From Flavobacteriales bacterium (GTDB taxonomy: Bacteria; Bacteroidota; Bacteroidia; Flavobacteriales_F; PHOS-HE28): DNA of 64,000 nucleotides. Positions 18,708 to 30,134 of this stretch are shown in pieces. Location of the stretch: NCBI GenBank assembly GCA_016717225.1, contig JADKGB010000013.1:34144-98143 (forward strand). The letters are read 5' to 3'. Made by a program: the position numbers and the translations under genes. The first letter of the stretch is position 1; each line of letters starts with the position of its first letter. The notes beneath the pieces were generated by a model, which worked only from the letters and a program-made list of their open reading frames with translations, searched no databases and had not been told where the DNA came from.

Positions 18708-21700
18708 ATGTTCAGAAACTTCATACAGCGGCCTGTATTGGCCATCGTCATCTCGGTGCTCATCCTGTTCGTGGGTGGGCTGGCGATCAAGCAATTGCCC
18801 ACGGCGCAGTTCCCGGAGATCGCGCCCACTACGGTGAACATCTTCATCGCTTACCCGGGTGCCAGCGCGGACGTGCTTACCAAGTCCACGATCATCCAGC
18901 TGGAAACGGCGATCAACGGCGTGCAGGGTATGCGTTACCTCGCCTCGGACGCCACCAGCGCCGGTGAGGGCACCATCCGCGTGATCTTCGAACCGGGCAC
19001 CGATCCCAATGAGGCCGTGGTGCGCGTGAAGACCCGCGTGGACCAGGTGATGCCCAACCTGCCGTTGCTCGTGCAGCGCGAGGGCGTGATCATCACCCCA
19101 GTGCAGCCCAGCATGCTCATGTACGTGAACCTCTACGGCGACGGAAAGGACGCGGACGAGCTCTTCCTCTATAACTACGCGTTCACGCAACTGATCCCGG
19201 AGATCCAGCGGATCCCCGGTGTGGCGCAAGCGCAGATCCTCGGTAGCCGCAAGTACGCCATGCGCGTTTGGATGAAGCCCGATCGCATGCGGGCCTATAA
19301 CATCTCCGCTCAGGAGATCATGACGGCCATGGAAGAACAGAGCCTGATCGCTAGGCCCGGCCGTCTGGGCCAGAGTTCGGGCATCGACGCACAATCCTTC
19401 GAGTACGTGCTCATCTACAAGGGCCAGTTCAACGAGCCCGAAGAGTACCGGAACATCATTATCCGCGCGAATGAGGAAGGGGAGATGATCCGCCTCCGCG
19501 ACGTCGCGGATGTCGAGCTGGGCAGTGAGTTCTTCGACATCTATTCCAACTTGGACGGAAAGCCTTCCGCTTCCATCGTGTTGAAGCAGACGCTGGGCAG
19601 CAACGCCAGCGAGGTGATCGCGCAGGTGAAGGCCAAGCTGGGCGAACTCGCCAAGTTCATGCCCCCCAGCATCGACTACAAGGTGAGCTACGACGTGTCC
19701 ACCTTCCTCGATGCCTCTATAGAGCAGGTGTTGCACACGCTGCGCGATGCCTTCATCCTGGTAGCGTTGGTGGTCTTCCTCTTCTTGGGTGATTGGCGTT
19801 CCACGTTGATCCCGATCCTCGCCGTGCCCGTGTCGCTCATCGGGGCCTTCTTCGTGATGCAAATGTTCGGCCTGTCCATCAACCTGATCACGCTGTTCGC
19901 GCTGGTGCTGGCCATCGGTATCGTGGTGGACAATGCCATCGTGGTGGTGGAAGCGGTGCACGCCAAGATGGAAGGGAACCATCATCTCACCCCGTACGCC
20001 GCGGTGAAGGAGGTGATGGGCGAGATCGGCGGTGCCATCATCGCCATCACGCTGGTGATGGTCTCGGTGTTCATCCCCATCTCCTTCATGACCGGCCCGG
20101 TGGGTGTGTTCTACCGCCAGTTCTCCATCACCATGGCGGGCTCCATCATCATCTCCGCAGTCGTAGCGCTCACGCTCACACCCGTGCTCTGTGCCATGCT
20201 GATGAAGCCGCACCACGGCACGCACCGGAAGAAGTCGATCATGGACCGCTTCATCGATGCCTTCAACCGAGGCTTCGAGCGGATCACCGGCCGCTACGTG
20301 GCCATCCTGAACAGGATCGTGGTGCGGCGCCTGCTCACCTTCGGGTCGCTGGCCGTGTTCTGCGTGGCGATCTGGTTGACCAACCAGGTACTGCCGGCGG
20401 GCTTCATCCCCAGCGAGGACCAGGGCACCATTTACGCCATCGTTCAGACGCCGCCCGGTTCCACATTGGAGACCACCAATGAAGTGGCGCGTGATCTCCA
20501 AAAGATCTGCAAGGAGATCCCCGAAGTGGAATCCGTCTCGTCGCTCGCGGGTTACGAGATCATGACCGAGGGCCGCGGATCGAACGCGGGCACCTGCCTC
20601 ATTGATCTGAAGCCTTGGCACGAGCGCAAGAAGAACGTGACCGAGGTGATGAAGGAGCTCGAGGAGAAGACCAAGGACCTGGGTGCGGTGATCGAGTACT
20701 TCGAACCACCCGCCGTTCCGGGCTTCGGCTCCTCAGCCGGGTTCTCCCTGCGCATGCTCGACAAAACGAACGGCACCGATTACCACGAGTTCGAGCGCGT
20801 GAACAATGAATTCATGGACGCGCTCCGTAAGAGGAAGGAACTCACCGGCCTGTTCACCTTTTACGCGGCCAACTTTCCGCAGTACGAAATGATCATCGAC
20901 AATAAGCTGGCGATGCAGAAGGGCGTGTCCATCGGCAAGGCGGTGGAGAACCTGAACATCCTGATCGGCAGTACCTACGAACAAGGTTTCATCCGCTTCG
21001 GCCGATTCTTCAAGGTGTACGCCCAGGCAGCGCCGGAGTATCGCCGTTATCCCACGGACCTTACCGGCCTGTTCGTGAAGAACGAGGAGGGCGAGATGGT
21101 CCCGTATTCCTCTTTCATGCACTTCGAGAAGCGCCTCGGCCCGAACGAGATCACGCGCTACAACATGTACAATTCCTCCACCATCCGTGGTCTTTCCGTG
21201 GAAGGATACACCAGTGGCGACGCCATCAAGGCGATCCAGGAAGTGGCCAAGGAGAACCTGCCCAGGGGCTACGATATCGCTTGGGAGGGCCTGTCCTACG
21301 ATGAGGCCAAGCGCGGGAACGAGGCCATCTACATCTTCATCGTCGTGCTCATCTTCGTGTACCTCGTGCTCGCCGCCCAGTACGAGAGCTTCGTGCTGCC
21401 GCTGGTGGTGATCCTTTCACTGCCGGTAGGCGTCCTCGGTTCGTTCCTGCTGCTGAAAGCGATGGGGCTGGCGAACGATGTGTACGCGCAGATCGGTATC
21501 ATTATGCTCATCGGCCTGCTGGGCAAGAACGCGGTGCTGATCGTGGAGTTCGCTGTGCAGAAGCAGCGCGCGGGAGCCACGGTACTGGAGGCGGCCATCG
21601 AAGGGGCGAAGGCCCGGTTCCGCCCGATCCTCATGACCTCCTTCGCCTTCATCGCGGGCCTTGTCCCGCTGGTGACCGCATCGGGTGCCGGTGCCATCGG

Positions 21701-21950
21701 GAACCGCACCATCGGTTCATCCTCGCTGGGTGGAATGCTCGTCGGTACGCTGATCGGCGTGCTGGTGATCCCCGGCCTCTACTACGTGTTCGCCACCATG
21801 ATCCAAGGCCGCAAGCTCATCAGCGATGAACGCGATGAACCTGTATCGGAACAGTTCGTCCGCACTGGCGAGGAAGCGAATGAATCGAAAAGACCTATAA
21901 GATGCATTGAACGCACGCCTGAGGACCTGCTCAAGCGCAAAAAGGATTGA
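18708..21950 (+). CDS. efflux RND transporter permease subunit (HAE1/AcrB family)
   Basis: 1080 aa with MFRNFIQRPVLAIVISVLILFVGGLAIKQLP. AcrB-like throughout. Confidence 0.95.
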   Translation: MFRNFIQRPVLAIVISVLILFVGGLAIKQLPTAQFPEIAPTTVNIFIAYPGASADVLTKSTIIQLETAINGVQGMRYLASDATSAGEGTIRVIFEPGTDPNEAVVRVKTRVDQVMPNLPLLVQREGVIITPVQPSMLMYVNLYGDGKDADELFLYNYAFTQLIPEIQRIPGVAQAQILGSRKYAMRVWMKPDRMRAYNISAQEIMTAMEEQSLIARPGRLGQSSGIDAQSFEYVLIYKGQFNEPEEYRNIIIRANEEGEMIRLRDVADVELGSEFFDIYSNLDGKPSASIVLKQTLGSNASEVIAQVKAKLGELAKFMPPSIDYKVSYDVSTFLDASIEQVLHTLRDAFILVALVVFLFLGDWRSTLIPILAVPVSLIGAFFVMQMFGLSINLITLFALVLAIGIVVDNAIVVVEAVHAKMEGNHHLTPYAAVKEVMGEIGGAIIAITLVMVSVFIPISFMTGPVGVFYRQFSITMAGSIIISAVVALTLTPVLCAMLMKPHHGTHRKKSIMDRFIDAFNRGFERITGRYVAILNRIVVRRLLTFGSLAVFCVAIWLTNQVLPAGFIPSEDQGTIYAIVQTPPGSTLETTNEVARDLQKICKEIPEVESVSSLAGYEIMTEGRGSNAGTCLIDLKPWHERKKNVTEVMKELEEKTKDLGAVIEYFEPPAVPGFGSSAGFSLRMLDKTNGTDYHEFERVNNEFMDALRKRKELTGLFTFYAANFPQYEMIIDNKLAMQKGVSIGKAVENLNILIGSTYEQGFIRFGRFFKVYAQAAPEYRRYPTDLTGLFVKNEEGEMVPYSSFMHFEKRLGPNEITRYNMYNSSTIRGLSVEGYTSGDAIKAIQEVAKENLPRGYDIAWEGLSYDEAKRGNEAIYIFIVVLIFVYLVLAAQYESFVLPLVVILSLPVGVLGSFLLLKAMGLANDVYAQIGIIMLIGLLGKNAVLIVEFAVQKQRAGATVLEAAIEGAKARFRPILMTSFAFIAGLVPLVTASGAGAIGNRTIGSSSLGGMLVGTLIGVLVIPGLYYVFATMIQGRKLISDERDEPVSEQFVRTGEEANESKRPIRCIERTPEDLLKRKKD

Positions 21951-23397
21951 TGAATACGACAGCAACAATGAGCCGATCGATCAACCAACTGGCGACCTTT
22001 TCCCTTCTGGCGCTGCTCTCCTTTTCTTCCTGCGTGCCGGCATTGAAAATGCGTGAGGCACGGAAGGCCGAACCCGCCACGTATGCGGGCGTTTACGATA
22101 CCACGGACGCTGCCACTACGCAATGGCGACAGTTCTTCAAAGACCCCGATCTGCGCGCGCTGGTGGACAGTGCCCTGGCCAACAACCAGGAGCTGAACAT
22201 CATGCTGCAGGAGATCGCCATCGCCCGGAACGAGGTGCGCGCGCGCAAGGGCGAATACCTGCCCTTTGTTGACTTCAGCGCGGCCGCCGATGTGGAGAAG
22301 GTGGGCCGCTACACGCGGAATGGTGCCGTGGAGGAGGCGTTGAACATTGATGAGGACAAGGCGTTCCCCGAACCACTGCCGAACTTCATGCTGGCCGCGC
22401 GGGCCTCATGGGAGCTCGATGTCTGGAAGAAACTGCGCAACGCCAAACAAGCCGCTGTGATGCGCTACCTGGGTTCTGTGGAGGGCAAGAACTTCATGGT
22501 GACCCAACTCGTCGCCGAGATCGCAGATTCCTACTACGAATTGATGACGCTGGACAACCAGTTGGAGATCCTGCGCAGCAACATCGCCATCCAGCAGGAC
22601 GCATTGGAGATGGTGAAATTGGAGAAGCTGGCGGCGAAAGTCACGGAACTGGCCGTGCGCCGGTTCGAGGCCGAAGTGCTGAAGAACCGCAGCAAGCAGT
22701 ACGACATCCAACAGCGCATCGTGGAAACGGAGAACCGGATCAACTTCCTGGTGGGCCGCTATCCGCAGCCCGTAAAACGCAACGCCCAGGCGTTCTCCAC
22801 CCTTGTGCCCGATACGATCTACGCGGGTCTGCCATCCCAATTGTTGTCTTACCGCCCCGACATCCGCAAAGCCGAACTGGAAATGGCCGCCGCCAAGCTG
22901 GATGTGAGATCGCCAAGGCGAACTTCTATCCAAGCGTGCGCCTCACGGCGGGCGTGGGGCTGAACGCGTTCGATGCGGCGCTCCTCACCGAAACGCCGGC
23001 ATCGCTGCTCTACACCGTGGCCGGTGACCTGGTCGCACCGCTGATCAACCGGAACGCCATCAAGGCCGTATATGCCAATGCGAACGCCCATCAGATCCAG
23101 GCGGTGTACGATTACGAACGCACTGTGCTGAACGCTTACGTGGAAGTGGTGAACCAGCTCTCCAACATCAGCAACCTGCGCAGCAGCTATGACCTGCGCG
23201 CGCAACAGGTGGCCACATTGAACAGTTCCATCACCATCTCGTCCAACCTCTTCCGTTCCGCCCGTGCGGACTACATGGAAGTGCTGCTCACCCAGCGCGA
23301 TGCCCTCGAATCACGATTCGAACTGGTGGAAACGCGCAAGCAGCAGATGAACGCCATGGTGAACGTATACCAGGCCTTGGGTGGTGGTTGGAAGTGA
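21947..23397 (+). pseudogene. efflux transporter outer-membrane factor (TolC/NodT family), frameshifted at ~22906
   Basis: Lipoprotein signal ..SFSSC. ...RPDIRKAELEMAAAKLDV in one frame continues as EIAKANFYPSVRLTAGVGLNAFD... in the other. gtgag is likely gtggag. The 4 nt overlap with the RND gene indicates an operon. Confidence 0.8.
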
Positions 23398-23517
23398 TCG
23401 GCTGTAGGAACCGGTCCATCGGTATGGAAGGGCCGAAGGCCATGAACGGTTGTGTTCATGACCAAGGTTCCGATCATCCAACGGAGCGAACGCGGTAGCT
23501 CGATCATCCCGACCGAG

Positions 23518-24294
23518 CTACCTCGCGGGTTCTGCCGGAGTCGGGGTCTTGGGCTTGCGCAAGTCCAAATTGTACGTGAGGATCACATGCAGTGTGCTGT
23601 TCATTTCCACGAGGTCGGCACCATTCGCGGCTCCAGGACGCTGCAACGTTTGCAGCAGGTAGCCCACCTGCACGTTTCCTTGCTTGTTGAATTGATAACC
23701 GACCAGACCGCTGATACGGTTCTGGTTCATGAGGTCCAACCGGGCATTGTCGCCGAAGTTCAGGAACAACTCATCATAAGCGCTGAGGAACCAGGCCTTG
23801 GGTTCCACCTTTTCGCGCTTGCCCAACGGCAGGGTGGCCATCAGCCGTAACCGGAATCGCGATTGGTAGAGGTACGTGTCGAACGTATAACCGGACTCCG
23901 ATGATGCATCCGCGTTCTGCAGGGCGATGAACCGTTCTTCCATGCGGTAGCGGTGCTGCAGGGCCACCTTGCCCACACGAGCCGTGAACTGGATCTGCTG
24001 ATACGCTTGGTGCTCCCAGCTGCCGGTCTTGATGGGCCATGCGCCGTAACGGTAGTTGTAGTAGTAGCTGTACCCGGCGGTGAACATTACCTCCGGGTTC
24101 AGATGAAAGTTGATCGCCGGGCGGATCAGCAGCTGTTGGGGCATCGCGCCCATTTCCGCTTGGCGGATGTGTACTTCGGTGTGGAAGCTCCAGTGGTCCG
24201 AGAGTTTGTGGTCGCCGAAGTGCGAGATCCACAAGTGGCTATTGCGATCCGTCACCCGCTGGCCGTGAGCCACGCAGGATGCGCTCAACAGCAT
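23518..24294 (-). CDS. DUF2490-like outer-membrane protein
   Basis: Signal peptide MLLSASCVAHGQ. Beta-rich composition with W/Y/R motifs resembling DUF2490. Lies downstream of the lytS/lytT pair on the same strand. Confidence 0.55.
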   Translation of the reverse strand: MLLSASCVAHGQRVTDRNSHLWISHFGDHKLSDHWSFHTEVHIRQAEMGAMPQQLLIRPAINFHLNPEVMFTAGYSYYYNYRYGAWPIKTGSWEHQAYQQIQFTARVGKVALQHRYRMEERFIALQNADASSESGYTFDTYLYQSRFRLRLMATLPLGKREKVEPKAWFLSAYDELFLNFGDNARLDLMNQNRISGLVGYQFNKQGNVQVGYLLQTLQRPGAANGADLVEMNSTLHVILTYNLDLRKPKTPTPAEPAR

Positions 24295-24344
24295 TACACA
24301 TATGGAGCCCCGGAGCGCTCGTGTGGCCTTCACACGGGCGAAGA

Positions 24345-25127
24345 TCACTCTTCCGATCGCACACCGCCCATCCACTCCTTGAACGATCGCGCCTTCTCAC
24401 GGCTCACCATGGCTTCCGTGGGCGAGGCAGGTGAGAGGATCACTTTCAGCTTCCCCTGGAAATGCTGGTGGACAACCGAGATGGCAACAACACTGGCGAT
24501 GGTGGCTCGGTTCAATCGGTAGAATGCGGAAGGATCCAGCAGCTCTTCGAGCTCATCGAGCGGTTGGTCGATGGGATAGCGGCGCCCTTCACGCGTGGTC
24601 AGCTCGGTGATGCCGTCACTGCTGGTGAAGTACGCGATGTCACTGGCGAGCAGCGGCAGCAACTTCACACCCACCTTCACCAGGAATCGCTCTTTGTACT
24701 TCGGTGTGCGTTGCGTTATGCGCTCGATCAACTGTGACAGGTCGGGCAGCTCGCTTTGTTTGTTCGCCGTGAGGGCCTTGAACTTGGCCACGCCGCGCAG
24801 GAGGTCCTGTGCTTCGATCGGTTTCAGCAGGTAGTCGATGCCGTTGGTGCGGAAGGCCTCCAACATGTACTCGTCGTAGGCCGTGGTGAAGATGATGGGG
24901 CAGGGGATCCTCACCTGCTTGAAGATCTCGAAGCTCAGGCCGTCCGATAGTTGGATGTCGCTGAAGATGAGGTCGGGGGCTTTGTGGTGATCGAACCAAC
25001 GAACGGCCTCGCTGATCGCGTCGATCACTTCCAGTACTTCGAATTCCGGATGATGCTCTTGCAGGAGGCCATTGAGGCGCCGGTAGGCGGGTGCCTCGTC
25101 CTCGATGATGAGCACGCGCTGTGGCAT
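24345..25127 (-). CDS. LytTR-family two-component response regulator
   Basis: MPQRVLIIEDEAPAYRRL receiver domain (D..D, LSDG). C-terminal LytTR DNA-binding domain. Confidence 0.9.
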   Translation of the reverse strand: MPQRVLIIEDEAPAYRRLNGLLQEHHPEFEVLEVIDAISEAVRWFDHHKAPDLIFSDIQLSDGLSFEIFKQVRIPCPIIFTTAYDEYMLEAFRTNGIDYLLKPIEAQDLLRGVAKFKALTANKQSELPDLSQLIERITQRTPKYKERFLVKVGVKLLPLLASDIAYFTSSDGITELTTREGRRYPIDQPLDELEELLDPSAFYRLNRATIASVVAISVVHQHFQGKLKVILSPASPTEAMVSREKARSFKEWMGGVRSEE

Positions 25128-26176
25128 CAAGCGCGAACGGTTTCAGGGTGAGCGGCCATTTCCAACAAGGGCAGGGCCACCAGGAAGTGCTCGCGCGTTT
25201 CGATCACATCCACCTGGCGATCGCTCAGATAGGCGTAGCGCTGCTTGATATTGGCCAAGCCTGTCCCCGTGCTGCCTTCCACGGTCTGTTTGCGGCGCAG
25301 GTTGTTGCGCACGATGAGCGAGCGGCCGTTCTCCACGTAGATGTCCACCCGCAGGGGTGACGCGATACTGGCGACGTTGTGCTTCACGGCGTTCTCCACG
25401 AGCATCTGCAGGGTGAGCGGCGCGATCAGCAGCGACCGCGATCCTTCGTCCACGTTCAGGCGGATGTCGATGCTCTGCTCGAAGCGCATCTTCATCAGGT
25501 AGTTGTACGCTTCCGTGAATTCCAATTCGGTGCGCAGGTCCACCACTTCTTTGTCCTTGTGCTGGAGAATGTAACGGTACACGTCACTGAGTTTCTGCGT
25601 GAAGCGCGCGGCCTGCTGGGCGTCTTCGTCAATGAGCGTCACCAGCGTGTTCAGGCTGTTGAACAGGAAGTGCGGACTGATCTGGTTCTTCAATACGCTC
25701 AGTTCGGATCGCAGGTGCTGGCTCTTCACCTCCTCGGTTTCCAACAACTGCTTCTTCCACTGCCCGAAGAAGTAACCTGCTTCGTAAAGCGTACCCACGA
25801 AGAAGGCGATGCCCATGTTCATCGCGGTGCGCACCCAGAAGGCGTTGGCCAGGTATTCGTTGTTCTGGAGGTTGAATCGGATGAGGGCTTCACAGATGGT
25901 GGTGTCCACGATCATGTTGTAGCTGCCGACCAGTGCGATGCTCAGCAGGACCCGCTTCCATGTGTGGGAAGCCTCCGGCAAGCGCCTCCGCATGGCCATG
26001 ATGATGGTGTAGTCGCCCTGCCAGATGATGGCCGTGATGCTGATGGACAGCAGGAAGTTCCATGCTTCATACGGTGGCTCGTTGTAGATGAGGCCTAGCG
26101 CACCGCCCAGCAAGGGGATGCCGATGATGCGCGGCCAAGGTTCGCGGAGCAGGAAGCGGAAGGCGTTGCCGGCCAT
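25127..26176 (-). CDS. LytS-like sensor histidine kinase (His_kinase family)
   Basis: TM N-terminus. ...HFLFNSLNTLVTLID (H-box of the LytS/YehU type). ATPase motifs ..VENAVKHN.. and GTGLANIKQRY. Its stop overlaps the response-regulator start. Confidence 0.85.
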   Translation of the reverse strand: MAGNAFRFLLREPWPRIIGIPLLGGALGLIYNEPPYEAWNFLLSISITAIIWQGDYTIIMAMRRRLPEASHTWKRVLLSIALVGSYNMIVDTTICEALIRFNLQNNEYLANAFWVRTAMNMGIAFFVGTLYEAGYFFGQWKKQLLETEEVKSQHLRSELSVLKNQISPHFLFNSLNTLVTLIDEDAQQAARFTQKLSDVYRYILQHKDKEVVDLRTELEFTEAYNYLMKMRFEQSIDIRLNVDEGSRSLLIAPLTLQMLVENAVKHNVASIASPLRVDIYVENGRSLIVRNNLRRKQTVEGSTGTGLANIKQRYAYLSDRQVDVIETREHFLVALPLLEMAAHPETVRA

Positions 26177-26443
26177 GTGAACAGAGCACTAAAGTAGAGC
26201 CCTGGACTTGCGCTGCTCGCATGTCGCAAGGGTGGAACGCACGGATCCGGGGGTGAAGTGACGGATGTCGGGGTTGGAACCGCTGCAGCATCCGGTGGAG
26301 TGGAGATCAACGGTCCACCGGTGGAAAATGGCGATCCAACAACCGGACTTGTCGTCCTGCGGTAGGGCATGAGGCACCGCGCAGGCAGCCACGCCACTTT
26401 CGCGGCATCAACGATCACCCCACACGCACACATCCCATCCGTC

Positions 26444-28852
26444 ATGAGCCGAACGATCACCCGCGCAACGCTGCTGTCCCTCCTGTTCACCCCGCTTTTC
26501 GGACTCGCCCAAACCCAGGTGGTGAAGGGCGTAGTGAAAGACATGGACAGCGAAGAGCTCCTTCCCGGCGTCAGTATCGCCGTGATCGATATCGATCCCA
26601 AGCTCACCACCACCTCGGATATCGATGGACGATTCCGGTTGGAAGCTGTCCCGCTGGGTCGGCACACGCTGGCCTTCAGTTTCGTTGGTTATAAGAACGT
26701 CACCGTGCCCAATGTGCTGGTGACCGCCGGGAAGGAGGTGGTCCTGGAGATCGGCCTCGAAGGGTCTGTGGAACAATTGAACGCCGCCGTGGTAACGCGC
26801 GACAGCAAGAAGGACCGGCCGATCAACGACCTGGCCAAAGTGAGCGCGCGGACCTTCAGCCTGGAGGAGGTCACGCGTTACAGCGGGGGGCGCAATGATG
26901 TGGCCCGGCTCGCCACGAACTTCGCCGGGGTCAGCGGGGCCAACGATTCACGCAACGACATCATCGTGCGCGGCAACAGCCCCAGCGGCCTTCTTTGGCG
27001 CGTGGAGGGATTGCCCATCGGTTCCACCAACCATTTCGCCACGCTCGGCACAACGGGCGGGCCGGTGAGTGCCTTGAACACCAACCTGCTGCGCACGAGC
27101 GATTTCCTCACCGGTGCGTTCCCGGCGGAATACGGCAACGCCAATGCCGCGGTCTTTGATGTGAAGTTCCGCAACGGCAACACCGACAAGCACGAGTTCA
27201 CCGGACAGATCTCGGCCTTTACAGGTGCTGAACTGGTGGCCGAAGGGCCGATGAACCGCGAGAAGCAGAGCAGCTATCTGGTGAGCTACCGCTATGGTCT
27301 GGCCAGCCTGGCTGCCACGGGAACCAGCGCCAAACCCTACTTCCAGGATCTGGGCTTCAAACTGAATTTCGGCAAGAGCAAACTGGGCCGCTTCGAGCTC
27401 TTCGGTATGGGCGGCAAGAGCAGCATCGACTTCTTCGGGGCGAAGGTGGACAGCACGGACCTCTTCGCCGACCCCAGCCAGGACGCGTATGTGGCCAACC
27501 AGCTCGCGCTGGCCGGCCTCAGCCACTTCTACCAGTTGGACGAGAAGAGCTACATCAAGACCACGCTGGGCACCACGTACATGAGCAACCGCTACGACCA
27601 GGACAATATCATACCGGGCACCAGCGATCAACCAGAGCGCAAGTACCGGGCGACCGAGGTGAACGACCTGGAGCAGCGCTACACGGTGAGCAGCCAGTAC
27701 AACCGCAAGTTCAGCCCGCGCTTCAACCTGCGTGCGGGGGTGGTGAACGAGTTGATCGCCCTGGACAGCAAGGTACAGGACCGCGATGATCGCGCCGGGA
27801 TCCCGATGCGAACGCGGACAGCATTCCGGACTACTTCATCACCGTGCGCGACGTGAACGAGACCAGTGATCTGCTCCAGGTGTATGCGCAGGGCGAGTAC
27901 AAATTCACCGACCGACTGGAATTCACCTTCGGCCTGCACAGCCAGTACCTCGACATGACCAACGACGTGATGGTGGGGCCGCGCACCGCGATCAGCTGGC
28001 AGTTCAAGCCGAACCAACGTTTCTCGCTCGCCTACGGCCTGCATGGCCAGATGGTGCCGATGCCCATCCTCGTGCGCCTCGCGCCCGATGCCAATGGAGA
28101 CCTGGTGCGCACCAACGGCAACCTCTCCTTCATGAAGAGCCACCATGTGGTATTGGCCTACGACCGTCGCTTCGGTGACAACTGGCGGTTGAAGGCGGAA
28201 GCCTACTACCAATCGCTCTTCGATCTGCCCGTGGACAGCTACAGCAGCTCCTACAACGCCGTGAACGAAGGCGCCAACTTCATCTTCACGGAGCGGAACA
28301 ACCTGGTGAGCAAAGGCACCGGCACCAACCAAGGGGTTGGAACTCACCATCGAGAAGTTCCTGAGCAAGGGCTACTACACCCTGGGTACGGTGTCCCTCT
28401 TCCAGTCGCGCTATGAAGGCAGCGACGGCGTGGAGCGCAGCACGTCTTTCGAGAACGGCTATGTGGCGAACGCCCTCATCGGGAAGGAGTGGGGCATCGG
28501 CAAGGCCAAGCGCAACTTCGTGACCTTCGATACCAAGTTCACCACCAGCGGCGGCCGCCCCTACACCCCGATCGACCTGGAAGCCACGCGCGCCAACGCC
28601 GGTCGGGAAGTACTGCAAGAGGACAAGGCCTACAGCAAGACCTATCCCGACTACCTGCGCTTGGATGTGAAGCTGGGCGTCCGCTTGAACAGTAAGAGCA
28701 AGAAGATGAGCCACCAGTTCTTCGTGGACCTGCAGAACATCACCAACCGGGAGAATGTGTTCGTGGACCGCTACAACCCGGTGACTGACCGCATCAACAC
28801 GGTGTACCAGAACGGCTTCTTCCCTGATTTCATGTACCGTATACAGTTCTGA
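26444..28852 (+). pseudogene. TonB-dependent receptor (CarboxypepD_reg + plug + barrel), two frameshifts (~27799 and ~28345)
   Basis: MSRTITRATLLSLLFTPLFGLAQTQVVKGVVKD... (carboxypeptidase-regulatory-like domain and plug). The protein is split over three frames and ends ...NGFFPDFMYRIQF (aromatic C-terminal residue). Both junctions lie in ggg/gggg runs. Confidence 0.8.
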
Positions 28853-30078
28853 GCGGACGCTGCGATCGAGCGGTTCGTGAGGGGTTGGGCGTCGCCCCCC
28901 CCGCCGGGCCCTCCCCCCCTCTTCCAGTTCGTGAAATTCCCACCATTGAAGAGATACACCCCGCCCGAAGTCCCGATCCAAAGCTGCCCATTGGCATCTT
29001 CGAAAAGGCTTTGGACGTTCTTGAGGCCAGCACCGTCCCGTTCCGTGTAGCAGGTGAACTTTTTTCCATCGAAGGCGCAAAGGCCGTACGCGCTCGCTCC
29101 GATCCAAATGATCCCCGCGCTGTCCTGGTAGATCACCCAAACCTGCTCGCCCAGCACCCCATCCTTTCTGCCATATGCCGTGAATGTCTTCCCGTCGTAC
29201 TTGCAGAGCCCTCCCTTGCGGGTACCGAACCACAGGTTCCCGGCCCTATCCTCCATGACGGTCTGCACGAAGTTGTTGCAGAGCCCGTCAGCTTCAGAAA
29301 GGTTGGTCAGCGTTTTCCCATCGTAGCGATAGACGCCTCCGCCATTGGTAGCGAACCAGATGTTCCCGGCCTTGTCCTGGATCATCGAGTTGATCTGTTT
29401 CGGGTACTTGTAGTAGGGGAACTTTGAAAGGTCCGAAGCAGGGATCGGGAAGGAGGTAAAGGTCTTGGAGCCTGTCCTGAGCGAAGCCGAAGGATCGAAG
29501 CGCGACACGCCTTCTTCGGTACCGAACCATAGACCTCCAGACTTGTCCACCAACAAGCAATACACCTGATCACTGGCCAGGCCATCCTTCGTTGTGTAGC
29601 GAGTGAATTTTGTTCCGCCTGCACTGAGCGTTGCCGCAGGGTCGTAGCGCGATACGCCACCTCCCGTGGCGAACCACAGATCACCATGCTCATCTTGGGA
29701 AATGCCCCCGACCCAATTGCCGCTGAACCCTTCCTGCGGCGTGAAGTACGCGAGCGACTTTCCTTCTGTCCTCAGCGAGGCCGACGGATCATATCGCGCA
29801 ACACCGTCGCTGGTGGTGCCGAACCACATGTTGCCGTCCCGGTCCTGGAATATCCGGCGGATGTACTGGCTGATCTGTTCGGTGGAAGTGGGCGGGTTCT
29901 GAAGGCGGGCCGCGAGTGTTGCGCTGTCCGGTTGCGCGGCCGGTGGTGGAGTTGAGCCGCCAGCACGCTCCGGCGGTGCAGATGACTTGACTTGTTCCGT
30001 GCAGGAAGAAACGAACAGCAGCGACCCGAGCAGGAGGGTGGACAGCTTGTATCGGCCGGATCTTCCGCTCTGAAGCAT
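28771..30078 (-). CDS. two-component-regulator propeller (Y_Y_Y-like beta-propeller) repeat lipoprotein, 3' end uncertain
   Basis: Signal MLQSGRSGRYKLSTLLLGSLLFVSSC. Repeated ...GNLWFGT..GG..RYD units. The C-terminal GGGPGGGG is encoded by C8/C7 runs. The ORF overlaps the convergent TonB-dependent receptor by ~80 nt, which suggests a frame error near 28890-28920. Confidence 0.65.
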   Translation of the reverse strand: MLQSGRSGRYKLSTLLLGSLLFVSSCTEQVKSSAPPERAGGSTPPPAAQPDSATLAARLQNPPTSTEQISQYIRRIFQDRDGNMWFGTTSDGVARYDPSASLRTEGKSLAYFTPQEGFSGNWVGGISQDEHGDLWFATGGGVSRYDPAATLSAGGTKFTRYTTKDGLASDQVYCLLVDKSGGLWFGTEEGVSRFDPSASLRTGSKTFTSFPIPASDLSKFPYYKYPKQINSMIQDKAGNIWFATNGGGVYRYDGKTLTNLSEADGLCNNFVQTVMEDRAGNLWFGTRKGGLCKYDGKTFTAYGRKDGVLGEQVWVIYQDSAGIIWIGASAYGLCAFDGKKFTCYTERDGAGLKNVQSLFEDANGQLWIGTSGGVYLFNGGNFTNWKRGGGPGGGGDAQPLTNRSIAASAQNCIRYMKSGKKPFWYTVLMRSVTGL

Positions 30079-30134
30079 GGTGCAATTGAACAAGTCGGAT
30101 CAAACCTAACCGGGTTTCCATCTCGGACCGCGTG

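Noticed and set aside
17401-20621. Long minus-strand ORFs (420 aa and 715 aa) antisense to the RND adaptor/pump genes
   Set aside because: They are His/Arg/Gly-rich antisense shadow ORFs, typical of GC-rich DNA. The plus-strand genes have clear homology.
22408-23397. Separate 329 aa ORF after the outer-membrane-factor gene
   Set aside because: It is the C-terminal half of the same TolC/NodT gene, displaced by a single-base frameshift.
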